Source: Candidatus Kaiserbacteria bacterium (GTDB lineage Bacteria; Patescibacteriota; Minisyncoccia; Phycocordibacterales; UBA2100). From it: a stretch of DNA of 64,000 nt. The notes beneath the pieces were generated by a model. That model was not told the origin of the DNA. It did not search any database and saw only the letters and a list, made by a program, of their open reading frames with translations. The DNA is taken from assembly GCA_028286585.1 (NCBI GenBank), contig JAQBRI010000007.1, positions 18,479 through 82,478 of the forward strand. The letters run 5' to 3'. Shown here one piece after another: positions 1-7,868 of the stretch (position 1 is the first letter of the stretch; every line of letters starts with the position of its first letter). The position numbers and the translations under genes are program-made.

Positions 1-141
1 ACTCCACGGGAATTGTATGCATAGCTATTTTGATATGTATCAAATGATTTGAGGGTGACTGCGATTACGCCAAGCACTCCAATGAGCGCAAGTGCTGCCA
101 TAAGTGCAACACCGCGAATATTGTTATGCTTTCCGTACATA
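1..141 (-). CDS. 5-prime fragment of a membrane protein gene running off the window edge (N-terminus MYGKHNNIRGVALMAALALIGVLGVIAVTLKSF...)
   Basis: Open frame on the minus strand from ATG at 139-141 to the window edge; hydrophobic helix; hand translation only. Confidence 0.2.
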
Positions 142-242
142 CCCACATGATGCGCCCTAAAGAATAGATATGCAATAAAGCGCTGGGGAAAACAATAATG
201 TTTTTATGGGTTTATCATGAGTGAATGTACTCATGAATCGAA

Positions 243-317
243 TGGTGCCCTTACCAGGAATCGAACCTGGATTACGAGCTCCGCAAGCTCGCGTTCTATC
301 CATTAAACTATAAGAGC
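243..317 (-). tRNA. tRNA-Arg (anticodon GCG), CCA encoded
   Basis: Reverse complement folds as a cloverleaf: acceptor GCTCTTA/TAAGGGC, T-arm CCAGGTTCGATTCCTGG, anticodon stem CGAGC/GCTCG with loop TTGCGGA, terminal ACCA. Confidence 0.75.
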
Positions 318-325
318 CTAGGAGA

Positions 326-595
326 CTATTTTGCTGTAGCCTTTGCAACCGCACGACTTGCACGTGATTTCATGCGTGCAGCTGTGTTCTTCTTGATAAT
401 ACCGCGTTTTGCAGCCTTATCAATTGCCTTGTATGTGTTCGAGAGAGAAGCTCCTGCTTCTGTCACCTTCTTAGCGAGCGCCGTAGTTGCGGTAAGCTTG
501 ATTGCTTCGCGCATGATCTTTTTAGTGCGTATATTAAAGACGCGCTTCCGACTCGAGACTCGGTTTGCCTTTTTTGCTGAAGATGTTTTTGCCAT
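326..595 (-). CDS. rpsT: 30S ribosomal protein S20
   Basis: 89 aa, very basic, MAKTSSAKKANRVSSRKR... typical S20 N-terminus and Ala/Lys-rich composition. Confidence 0.85.
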   Translation of the reverse strand: MAKTSSAKKANRVSSRKRVFNIRTKKIMREAIKLTATTALAKKVTEAGASLSNTYKAIDKAAKRGIIKKNTAARMKSRASRAVAKATAK

Positions 596-659
596 TGACA
601 GGATAATACCTCACACTTGCCTGTTATGCAAGGTTGGAAAATAAAGATATGATAAGCCC

Positions 660-1226
660 ATGATCGGTTATTTGGAAGGAACGCTTATCGCTATTCGTGA
701 TGACCATTGTGTACTATCGACCGGCCCCGTCGGATATTGCGTGTATACAAAAAAAGAAGTGCTTACACTTTCGACGCTTGGCATGCCACGGTCCTTTTGG
801 ATTTATACGGCCGTACGCGAAACAGCCTTCGATCTGTATGGATTTGAAAGCGAAGCTGAATTGGCTATTTTTGAGCTACTCCTCACCGTCTCTGGTATCG
901 GCCCAAAGTCGGCGTTATCAATATTAGACGTTGCAACAATGGAAACGCTACACAATGCAATCGGTCAAGAAAACGCAACCTACCTCACAACCATTTCTGG
1001 TATCGGCAAAAAAACTGCTGAAAAAATTATTCTCGAACTCAAAGGAAAAGTAACGATTGCGATTGATGCAATTCCCGTTGGTGATTCAGAGGCACTCGAG
1101 GCAATGCGATCCTTGGGATATTCAACTCAAGAAGCCCGAGAGGCGCTGCGAAACATACCGTCTACCATTTCTGGTACCAACGATCGACTGCGTGAAGCGC
1201 TTCGCCTCATGAGCAAGCGGATATAA
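660..1226 (+). CDS. ruvA: Holliday junction DNA helicase subunit RuvA
   Basis: MIGYLEGTL... N-terminus, tandem helix-hairpin-helix (SGIGPKSA, ISGIGKKTAEKI) and C-terminal domain III. Confidence 0.9.
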   Translation: MIGYLEGTLIAIRDDHCVLSTGPVGYCVYTKKEVLTLSTLGMPRSFWIYTAVRETAFDLYGFESEAELAIFELLLTVSGIGPKSALSILDVATMETLHNAIGQENATYLTTISGIGKKTAEKIILELKGKVTIAIDAIPVGDSEALEAMRSLGYSTQEAREALRNIPSTISGTNDRLREALRLMSKRI

Positions 1227-1244
1227 TATAAACCTGATCACTGT

Positions 1245-2531
1245 ATGAAACGATGGATTCAAAAAATAGTGCCCTTTCCCCTCTTGATAGTTGTGACTCG
1301 CGTATACCATTTTGTAATGGCAATGCTTGGAGCAGTGATGCTGGGATTCCCATCAAAAAAAATAATAGTGATTGGTGTCACGGGCACGAAAGGCAAATCT
1401 TCGACAGTAGAGATAATTAATGCAATTTTTGAAGAAGCAGGATACCGAACGGCGCTTACCAACTCAATACGATTCAAGGTTGCGGATTCCACTGAAGCAA
1501 ACACCACGCGCATGTCGATGCCGGGCAGAATGTTCATTCAGGACTTTCTTTCTCGTGCCGTGTATGCACAGTGTACTGTTGCGATTCTCGAGATGACATC
1601 CGAGGGAGCACGTCAGTACCGCCATCGTGGAATTGCGCTTGATGCACTTGTGTTTACCAATCTTGCGCCTGAACACATCGAATCTCACGGATCGTTTGAA
1701 CGCTACGCTGATGCTAAGTACGAACTTGGCCGCCAGCTGGAACGTTCTCACAAACGTCCGCGCACCATCGTTGCAAATGCCGACGACGCACAGAGCGGAA
1801 GATATCTTGCCCTTTCAGTAGAAAACAAAATTCCTTTTTCGCTTTCTGCACAGGAACCATTTCAGGCAAGCGAACGCGGCGGGTCGTTTACCCTTGATGG
1901 TGTCACCATGACTACCAAACTCCCTGGAGAGTTTTCACTCAAAAATGCGCTCGCAGCTGCCATGATTGCTCAAGCGTTTGGAATATCAACGGAAATTATT
2001 CAGCGAGCACTTGCAAAAATAACTACCATTCCCGGTCGAGGTGAGCGTATCGAAGAAGGTCAGGACTTTTCGGTTGTTGTAGATTATGCCCACACACCGG
2101 ATTCACTCAAGGCACTTTATGAAGCTTACAAAACTCCAGCAAGTACAGCCCAGCCATCAAGCAGTCGTAAACTTATCTGCGTTCTCGGCTCAACCGGCGG
2201 AGGACGCGATGTATGGAAGCGCCCGGTTATGGGCGGTATTGCAGACTCTTATTGCGACGAACTCATTCTTACCAACGAAGATCCATACGATGAAGACCCT
2301 CAAAAGATTGTTGCAATGCTTGCAAAAGGCATGACTCGTACACCGACAATCATAATGGATCGTCGTGAAGCAATCGCGCTCGCACTTTCCCATGCTAAGG
2401 CTGGAGACGCTGTTCTGATAAGTGGAAAAGGCACCGATCCATGCATCTGCGGCCCAAACGGCAGCAAAATCCCTTGGAGTGACTCGCTTGTCGCCCGTGA
2501 GGAACTACGCAAATTAGCTATAAAAACATGA
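1245..2531 (+). CDS. Mur ligase family protein, MurE-like (UDP-N-acetylmuramoyl-tripeptide synthetase family) with short hydrophobic N-terminus
   Basis: P-loop VIGVTGTKGKSST, TNLAPEHIESHGSFERYADAKYEL central motif, DYAHTPDSL C-terminal domain motif; N-terminal domain shorter than canonical MurE. Confidence 0.6.
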   Translation: MKRWIQKIVPFPLLIVVTRVYHFVMAMLGAVMLGFPSKKIIVIGVTGTKGKSSTVEIINAIFEEAGYRTALTNSIRFKVADSTEANTTRMSMPGRMFIQDFLSRAVYAQCTVAILEMTSEGARQYRHRGIALDALVFTNLAPEHIESHGSFERYADAKYELGRQLERSHKRPRTIVANADDAQSGRYLALSVENKIPFSLSAQEPFQASERGGSFTLDGVTMTTKLPGEFSLKNALAAAMIAQAFGISTEIIQRALAKITTIPGRGERIEEGQDFSVVVDYAHTPDSLKALYEAYKTPASTAQPSSSRKLICVLGSTGGGRDVWKRPVMGGIADSYCDELILTNEDPYDEDPQKIVAMLAKGMTRTPTIIMDRREAIALALSHAKAGDAVLISGKGTDPCICGPNGSKIPWSDSLVAREELRKLAIKT

Positions 2532-2544
2532 TACAGTTCTCGAT

Positions 2545-2868
2545 ATGGTAGTACGTATATTCATCGCTCTCGGATTGTTTTTTGTCGGGCTGTTTATTTT
2601 CTTATGGTTATTCGGCGGCGGGTTTCAAAAAATAAAAGCAGCAATTCCACACTATTATAATCCGGTACAGTACGCATTGAAGGGAGCATATTCAGGAGGC
2701 CTTTACTTTACCCTTCCTGGAACACCTTCCTTTTTTCCTACGCTCGCAAGCACCACAAACGCTTCTTCAAGTGACGGACAGGCTCCTGATACAGACGTGT
2801 ATATTCAAGGAAGTCATGATTACGACAATGTCCCTCTCGATTCCACAGGAGATGTGCAGCAAAATTAA
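2545..2868 (+). CDS. small membrane protein, unknown function
   Basis: 107-aa ORF with N-terminal TM helix (IFIALGLFFVGLFIFLWLF), fills an intergenic gap. Confidence 0.4.
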   Translation: MVVRIFIALGLFFVGLFIFLWLFGGGFQKIKAAIPHYYNPVQYALKGAYSGGLYFTLPGTPSFFPTLASTTNASSSDGQAPDTDVYIQGSHDYDNVPLDSTGDVQQN

Positions 2869-2871
2869 ATA

Positions 2872-3339
2872 CTATTTTGCGTATTGAAACAGAACGATGC
2901 CGCCAGCGATCGAGACGTTGAGCGACTCCTTTGCGCCGTGCATTGGAATGGAGACAATAGTGTCACATTGCTGCAAGAGACTCGCTGAAATTCCAAGCAC
3001 TTCGTTTCCAAGAATAAAAAGTGTTTTTTCTTTGGGGGTGAACAATCTATAATCAATTGCGTTTTTTGCTTGTTCGATTCCGACAATATGCCATCCTTCT
3101 TTTTTTAATTGCGTAATACGACTCGTTACATTTTTTGTATGTGTCCATTGAATGTTGTTTTCGGCACCGAGCGCAGTTTTTGCAATCTCTTTTTGCACCC
3201 GACCCAGGGTGTCAATCGGCAATGGAGTGTACCCGCTCAAATACACATGACTAATACCTGCCCCGTCCGACGTACGAAACAGTGAACCGACGTTGTGTGC
3301 ACTTCGAATATTGTGTAAGAGGAGCGCCGTACTTTGCAT
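2872..3339 (-). CDS. SpoU/TrmH-family RNA 2-prime-O-methyltransferase (TrmL-like size)
   Basis: 155 aa; motifs NIRSAHNVGSLFRTSDGAG, GNEVLGIS, ESLNVSIAGGIVLFQ typical of the SPOUT class. Confidence 0.75.
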   Translation of the reverse strand: MQSTALLLHNIRSAHNVGSLFRTSDGAGISHVYLSGYTPLPIDTLGRVQKEIAKTALGAENNIQWTHTKNVTSRITQLKKEGWHIVGIEQAKNAIDYRLFTPKEKTLFILGNEVLGISASLLQQCDTIVSIPMHGAKESLNVSIAGGIVLFQYAK

Positions 3340-3373
3340 GGCCTAACCATACACAATATGCTACGATTGCGCT

Positions 3374-3778
3374 ATGAGAGGCGATATTTGGCCGGATTTG
3401 ATTGTTTTTGCCCCGCTCGCGGTCGCATTATTGCGAGCTGCTGCGGGAATTGCTTTTATCTATATCGCATACACCATGAGTGAGCGTGACACAGCTTTTA
3501 CAAAAGTTGCTTTCCCACTGATCGGAAAACCAGACCGATCGCTCGTTTGGCTTTCTGCATTTATTACTGCGGTTGTCGGCTTTGCGCTGTTTGTCGGATT
3601 CCTCACACAAATAATGGCACTTCTTGGCTTGTGCATCGCGATCAAACATCTCTTTTTTGCAAATAGATATCCATACCTCTTCCCCCTTTCACGCAGCTCG
3701 TATGCACTCCTTATAATCATTACTATCGCACTCTTTATTTGCGGAACTGGCACTCTCGCATTTGATTTGATGTTCTAA
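3374..3778 (+). CDS. polytopic membrane protein, unknown function
   Basis: 134 aa, about 4 predicted TM helices. Confidence 0.4.
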   Translation: MRGDIWPDLIVFAPLAVALLRAAAGIAFIYIAYTMSERDTAFTKVAFPLIGKPDRSLVWLSAFITAVVGFALFVGFLTQIMALLGLCIAIKHLFFANRYPYLFPLSRSSYALLIIITIALFICGTGTLAFDLMF

Positions 3779-3822
3779 ATAATGGTATAGTCCTCGATGA
3801 GGGTAATTTTCTCTCATCATTT

Positions 3823-3895
3823 CCGCTCGTAGCTCAGTCGGTAGAGCACCTGCCTTTTAAGCAGAGGGTCGTTGGTTCGATTCCAACCGAGCGGA
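3823..3895 (+). tRNA. tRNA-Lys (anticodon TTT), no encoded CCA
   Basis: Acceptor CCGCTCG/CGAGCGG, GTAGCTCAGTCGGTAGAGC D-arm, anticodon loop CTTTTAA, T-arm GGTTCGATTCCAACC. Confidence 0.85.
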
Positions 3896-4020
3896 CAAAT
3901 AGCATCATCATGTACGCATGATGATATATCGCTCGAGAAATGTGCCGATGCACATTTCGAGTTGGAATCGAAGGGCGGAGCGATGTCGAGTCAGCAGACG
4001 AGACCGCGAGCCCAGGCCCG

Positions 4021-4048
4021 AGAAAATTTTTTCGTGGCGACGAAAAAA
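4021..4048. terminator. hairpin TTTTTTCGT-ggcg-ACGAAAAAA flanked by A/T runs; intrinsic terminator candidate for the minus-strand gene ending at 4116
   Basis: 9-bp stem, 4-nt loop, T-run on minus strand reading. Confidence 0.5.
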
Positions 4049-4058
4049 TTATTCAGGG

Positions 4059-4072
4059 CGATTCCAACCGAG
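4059..4072 (+). repeat. 14-bp direct repeat (CGATTCCAACCGAG) of the tRNA-Lys 3-prime end (3878-3891)
   Basis: Exact 14-mer match 181 bp downstream of the tRNA; att-site-like scar. Confidence 0.6.
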
Positions 4073-4115
4073 GCGAGTGTTCGTGACGATAAAATCAATC
4101 GTCCTCAAGTTGACC

Positions 4116-5831
4116 TTACTGCCCTATCTGCACCGTGACGTAATCAACCACCGGGTTTTGTTGATAGTCGAGACACGATATCGTATACGTTGTTGCACCA
4201 GTTAATGGCACGGTTGAACCGCCGCCAGCAAGTGTTGTTTGATGAAAACTGCCGTCAGGCGAACTTTCGGTACAGTTAGTAACAGCCTGTGTATTCCAAA
4301 ATATGGTAGTTCGCGATCCCAGAGAAACCTTTGGAGGCACTGCCCAAATATCAACCCGCGCAGGAATAAGAGGGGTTGTTGTTGCAATAGGGACGACCGT
4401 TGGTTTTGTAATAACTTTTGGCGTTGCTCGTATTGTAGTTTGGCTCGATACAGGAACATTTACTACCTGAATACTTCCAACGCTGTATCCAGCCCATTGA
4501 CACAAGCCGTCAAAAAAAGTTGTCGAGAATAACGTTCCAAGAAAATTATTTGCCCACGGACGCGTGCGACACCATCCTCCTACCATTGCACTCACGCCGT
4601 TACCAGAAGTATTTGCTCCATAAAATCCTGCAGTTTCAGAATTAGTACTTTGATCATAGCTGCGTGCAACCAGTGTTCCACTATTTCCGTTTTCATCGAT
4701 ATATCCGGTCGTATTTCCCTGATTAAAGCCGAGCTGCGGTAAAGCAGATCCGTTGGAACCGTTGGTGGATGATCCTACTATTATAAATGTGCCGGTAACA
4801 TCTGCAGTTGCACTGTTTATTAACACTACACAACTCGTACCATCGGGAGAAATTGTTTTACCGGGCGGACACATACAGCGTCCGGTGGTGGTTGCATATG
4901 ATTGCCCGTTGATTGAACAGTTATTAAGACTCGCACTCACGCAACTCAGACCATCTGTCGAAAGCGTGGTCGTTGCAGGACACAAACAGGAATTTGTAGC
5001 AGTAGAAAATACTTGTCCGTTAACAGTACAGGTAGTTGCTATTTGGCTAGCGCTACAACTGAGCCCATCTGAAGACAAGATCTGTCCAATAGGACATGAG
5101 CAAGAATTGGTGAGCGATGAAAATATTTGTCCTGTAATACTACAATTAGTAAGGTTAGCAGCGGTACAGCCCAAAAAAGTTGCGGTCTGTCCAGGAGGAC
5201 ACACGCAGCCACCAGAAATTGCTGAATAGGTTTGTCCTGGTAATGTACACGTTTGACTAATCGGCGGCACATAGGTAACGCACGGATTACCGTTTAATAG
5301 TGCTGGGTCACTGACGGTTGTCATCGTTGGACAATTACTGTTAAGTCCCGGATCACTTGCTCCTCCGGCGCCACCTCCCGCTCCACCACCATTCATCATT
5401 TGACCAACAATTTGTCCTGCTGCCTGGAGGAGCGAGCTCATGGCGTTCCCACCGATAGCACTCGTCCCCCCGCCCAAGCCTCCGTAACTTGTACCCTGAC
5501 ACTTAAGCGGTGCAATACATATACCACTTTGTGAAAATCCATTTGTGGTTTGAGTACACGGACAATTTAATCCTCCGATTTTTGGATCATCCTTTGTTGC
5601 GGGAGCGTTACATACTTTTGTATAACTTTTTGTTGCAAGACATTGAGCATCCGCGGCAGTATTCGCACCAAACATGTTTGCGATATTTGCCCCGGCAGCA
5701 CCAATTCCAATTCCTGCAGCACCGATACCAACAGCCTGGGCAGTCGAAACGGCTGCACTTGCTGCAAGCGGTGCACATGAAAAAAATACTATACTAATTG
5801 AAATGATGGTGCGGACGAAACGCTTGATCAT
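4116..5831 (-). CDS. secreted Cys-rich, Gly/Thr-rich repeat protein, unknown function
   Basis: Signal peptide (IISISIVFFSCAPLAASA); four about 36-aa repeats of C-x-I-x-G-Q-x-F-S-x-x-T-N-S-C-x-C-P-x-G-x-x-x-S-x-D-G-x-S-C; glycine-rich linker. Confidence 0.6.
   Translation of the reverse strand: MIKRFVRTIISISIVFFSCAPLAASAAVSTAQAVGIGAAGIGIGAAGANIANMFGANTAADAQCLATKSYTKVCNAPATKDDPKIGGLNCPCTQTTNGFSQSGICIAPLKCQGTSYGGLGGGTSAIGGNAMSSLLQAAGQIVGQMMNGGGAGGGAGGASDPGLNSNCPTMTTVSDPALLNGNPCVTYVPPISQTCTLPGQTYSAISGGCVCPPGQTATFLGCTAANLTNCSITGQIFSSLTNSCSCPIGQILSSDGLSCSASQIATTCTVNGQVFSTATNSCLCPATTTLSTDGLSCVSASLNNCSINGQSYATTTGRCMCPPGKTISPDGTSCVVLINSATADVTGTFIIVGSSTNGSNGSALPQLGFNQGNTTGYIDENGNSGTLVARSYDQSTNSETAGFYGANTSGNGVSAMVGGWCRTRPWANNFLGTLFSTTFFDGLCQWAGYSVGSIQVVNVPVSSQTTIRATPKVITKPTVVPIATTTPLIPARVDIWAVPPKVSLGSRTTIFWNTQAVTNCTESSPDGSFHQTTLAGGGSTVPLTGATTYTISCLDYQQNPVVDYVTVQIGQ
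4830..5250. repeat. tandem in-frame repeats (about 108 bp unit, 4 copies) inside the Cys-rich secreted protein gene
   Basis: Repeated peptide modules in the protein and mirrored repeats in the antisense ORF 4753..5229. Confidence 0.5.
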
Positions 5832-5849
5832 GAAAATATAATACCACGT

Positions 5850-6482
5850 TTATGAGAGCACAAATCGTTCGAGTGCATATTCAAGCTCCTCACCACGCCG
5901 GCGTGCTTTGTGCGGCAGCTCGGCAAGCTGTGCAACGATGGTGCGCGCACGTTTTTTTTCGGTTTCAGTGCCTGATTTTACGAGCATATCCTTGCCTGCC
6001 CAAAAGAGTACGCCATGAATTGCCTCTGGCGCATCTCCTGCGTAGAGCTGCTGTTGATATGATATCCACAATTGTTTCTTGTCACCTCGCTTGAGTGCAT
6101 TCGCGACAGCAAAAATAGTAGTCGCGGCGGCATTCTTTTTTGGAAGATCAAACACCTCGAGCGAGGCAAACTTTGCAAGCATTTTTTTGGTCGCAGCGTC
6201 GATTTTTTCTTCTATCCAATAAAATTGTTCTGTCGACTCACCAAGAATTTGGAGGCTATTCTCCATCATTTCACGCATATCATCTCTCGAAAGAATATAT
6301 TCAAATACTACAACACGCGGCGTTGCAAACATTCCCCCACCCATAAGCACCGAGGATATGTCATCTAATGTATGCGCGTCACTAATGCGGACAACCGATA
6401 CTCCTTTTGCAGTTTTGGCTAATGCATTATTAAGCGCCTGCCGTACTTTGACCCTGTCGGTTCCATAGAAAATGGTAAGCAT
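5850..6482 (-). CDS. possible DNA polymerase III delta subunit (HolA)-like protein, short form
   Basis: N-terminal IFYGTD...ISDAHTLDDISSVLMGGGMFATPRVVVF resembles the HolA N-domain pattern; weak. Confidence 0.3.
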   Translation of the reverse strand: MLTIFYGTDRVKVRQALNNALAKTAKGVSVVRISDAHTLDDISSVLMGGGMFATPRVVVFEYILSRDDMREMMENSLQILGESTEQFYWIEEKIDAATKKMLAKFASLEVFDLPKKNAAATTIFAVANALKRGDKKQLWISYQQQLYAGDAPEAIHGVLFWAGKDMLVKSGTETEKKRARTIVAQLAELPHKARRRGEELEYALERFVLS

Positions 6483-6515
6483 AACTCAGTATAGCAAGAT
6501 GGGCTTCGATTAACA

Positions 6516-7829
6516 TTACGTTTCGTTAGACAATACTTCTGTTTCAAGTTTAGAAAAATCATATTCTTTCGGAAAGTATTCTTTAAAAAGCTGCATTACA
6601 GGCTCTCCTTCGTATTCCTTACGCAAGTCCGCCATATGCATTGCGAGTATCATTTCTTGAGGTTCGCCGACACAGTCGAGTGGCTTAAATCCTTCTACCC
6701 CAAGGATACGCCTAAAAAGTGGTGCGAGGCGGGTATGCATATACAAATCCGCTCCAAAAATACGCACAACTTCATTTTTTCGCAAAAACGCCGAAAAGCA
6801 TGCAAACAAAAATATACACTTTGGACACTTATTACACCAATAGCCTGTGCGCGACAGCCGTTGTACAAAACGCGGGAGCCAAAAATAATTATTACAACTA
6901 GTAACGTAAGGAAGATATTCTGGATACTTTACAAATCTTCTGACAATCTCAAGTTCGCTGTACTCTCGCAACAACGAATTTGTCGAAATGCCAGGTGTTA
7001 TAAAGTGCTGGATATAATCATTAACCATTTTTTCTGCCTCCGTGGATTTACACCATTGATGATTCACTGGTAGTCCAAGATATGTCAGATTACCAAAATC
7101 AGCACTACGCTCACTGGAGATCTGTATCGAGTCATAACCAAGAAGTTCAGCAAGCAGTGTGGCAATAAATGTAAAAGTAGTGACCGAAGGATACGAGCCG
7201 GAGACGCCTAGCTGTGACTTGATTGCAACAAACAAGGGGTCATAGCGTCGATCAACTACGACAGTCTGTGCACCAATGATTGTGGCTATCCGATCATGTG
7301 CCGGTGATGGCCAAATTGATAGTAGATCGAAAGGTATGTTCTGTTGTTTAAGAATTTCAGCAGAAAGAATCGAGTCCTTACCTGCCCCGTTTAGTAGCAG
7401 CGCTCGTCTGGGACGCTCAAAGCGAGTCGCCTGTAGTGCATCAAATGATTCGTCGTACGGAAATGCAATCAGATTATGAAAGTCTATCTGCATGTCATAG
7501 AAAAATTCACTGAGTCCATGTAAATAAACTGAATTCCAAAAATCCGCCTGTGCACGGGAGAGCACAAATCCTTCGATTCTCATATTCCTTGCTGGAAAGG
7601 CGCACCAATAGTTAATACCTAATATCAGTAGAAGCGCCTGAAGTGTTGGCTCGAGGACTGTTTGTGGCACTTGCTCCCACAATTCTGGGGTGACATTGGG
7701 TAGTAAAAGCCTGTCAGTAAACGTCTTTGTAATTCCGAATTTAAATTTTATTCGATATGTAAAAGTAATTTCGGAACGAAGACGATTAACCTCGTACGCA
7801 CCAAATGTAAACGACGAGGCGAGCAGCAT
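6516..7829 (-). CDS. hypothetical protein with possible PP-loop-like motif (LLNGAGKDS) and C-terminal CNKCPKC cysteine cluster
   Basis: 437 aa; motif resemblance only, family not recognised. Confidence 0.35.
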   Translation of the reverse strand: MLLASSFTFGAYEVNRLRSEITFTYRIKFKFGITKTFTDRLLLPNVTPELWEQVPQTVLEPTLQALLLILGINYWCAFPARNMRIEGFVLSRAQADFWNSVYLHGLSEFFYDMQIDFHNLIAFPYDESFDALQATRFERPRRALLLNGAGKDSILSAEILKQQNIPFDLLSIWPSPAHDRIATIIGAQTVVVDRRYDPLFVAIKSQLGVSGSYPSVTTFTFIATLLAELLGYDSIQISSERSADFGNLTYLGLPVNHQWCKSTEAEKMVNDYIQHFITPGISTNSLLREYSELEIVRRFVKYPEYLPYVTSCNNYFWLPRFVQRLSRTGYWCNKCPKCIFLFACFSAFLRKNEVVRIFGADLYMHTRLAPLFRRILGVEGFKPLDCVGEPQEMILAMHMADLRKEYEGEPVMQLFKEYFPKEYDFSKLETEVLSNET

Positions 7830-7868
7830 TCATGCATAGTATCACGCATCATATGGCGTACCCTGCAC

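Noticed and set aside
372-644. 90-aa plus-strand ORF
   Set aside because: Antisense to rpsT, low-complexity hydrophobic translation
4753-5229. 158-aa plus-strand ORF with internal repeats
   Set aside because: Antisense shadow of the tandem-repeat region of the minus-strand Cys-rich protein gene; the repeat periodicity creates a long open antisense frame
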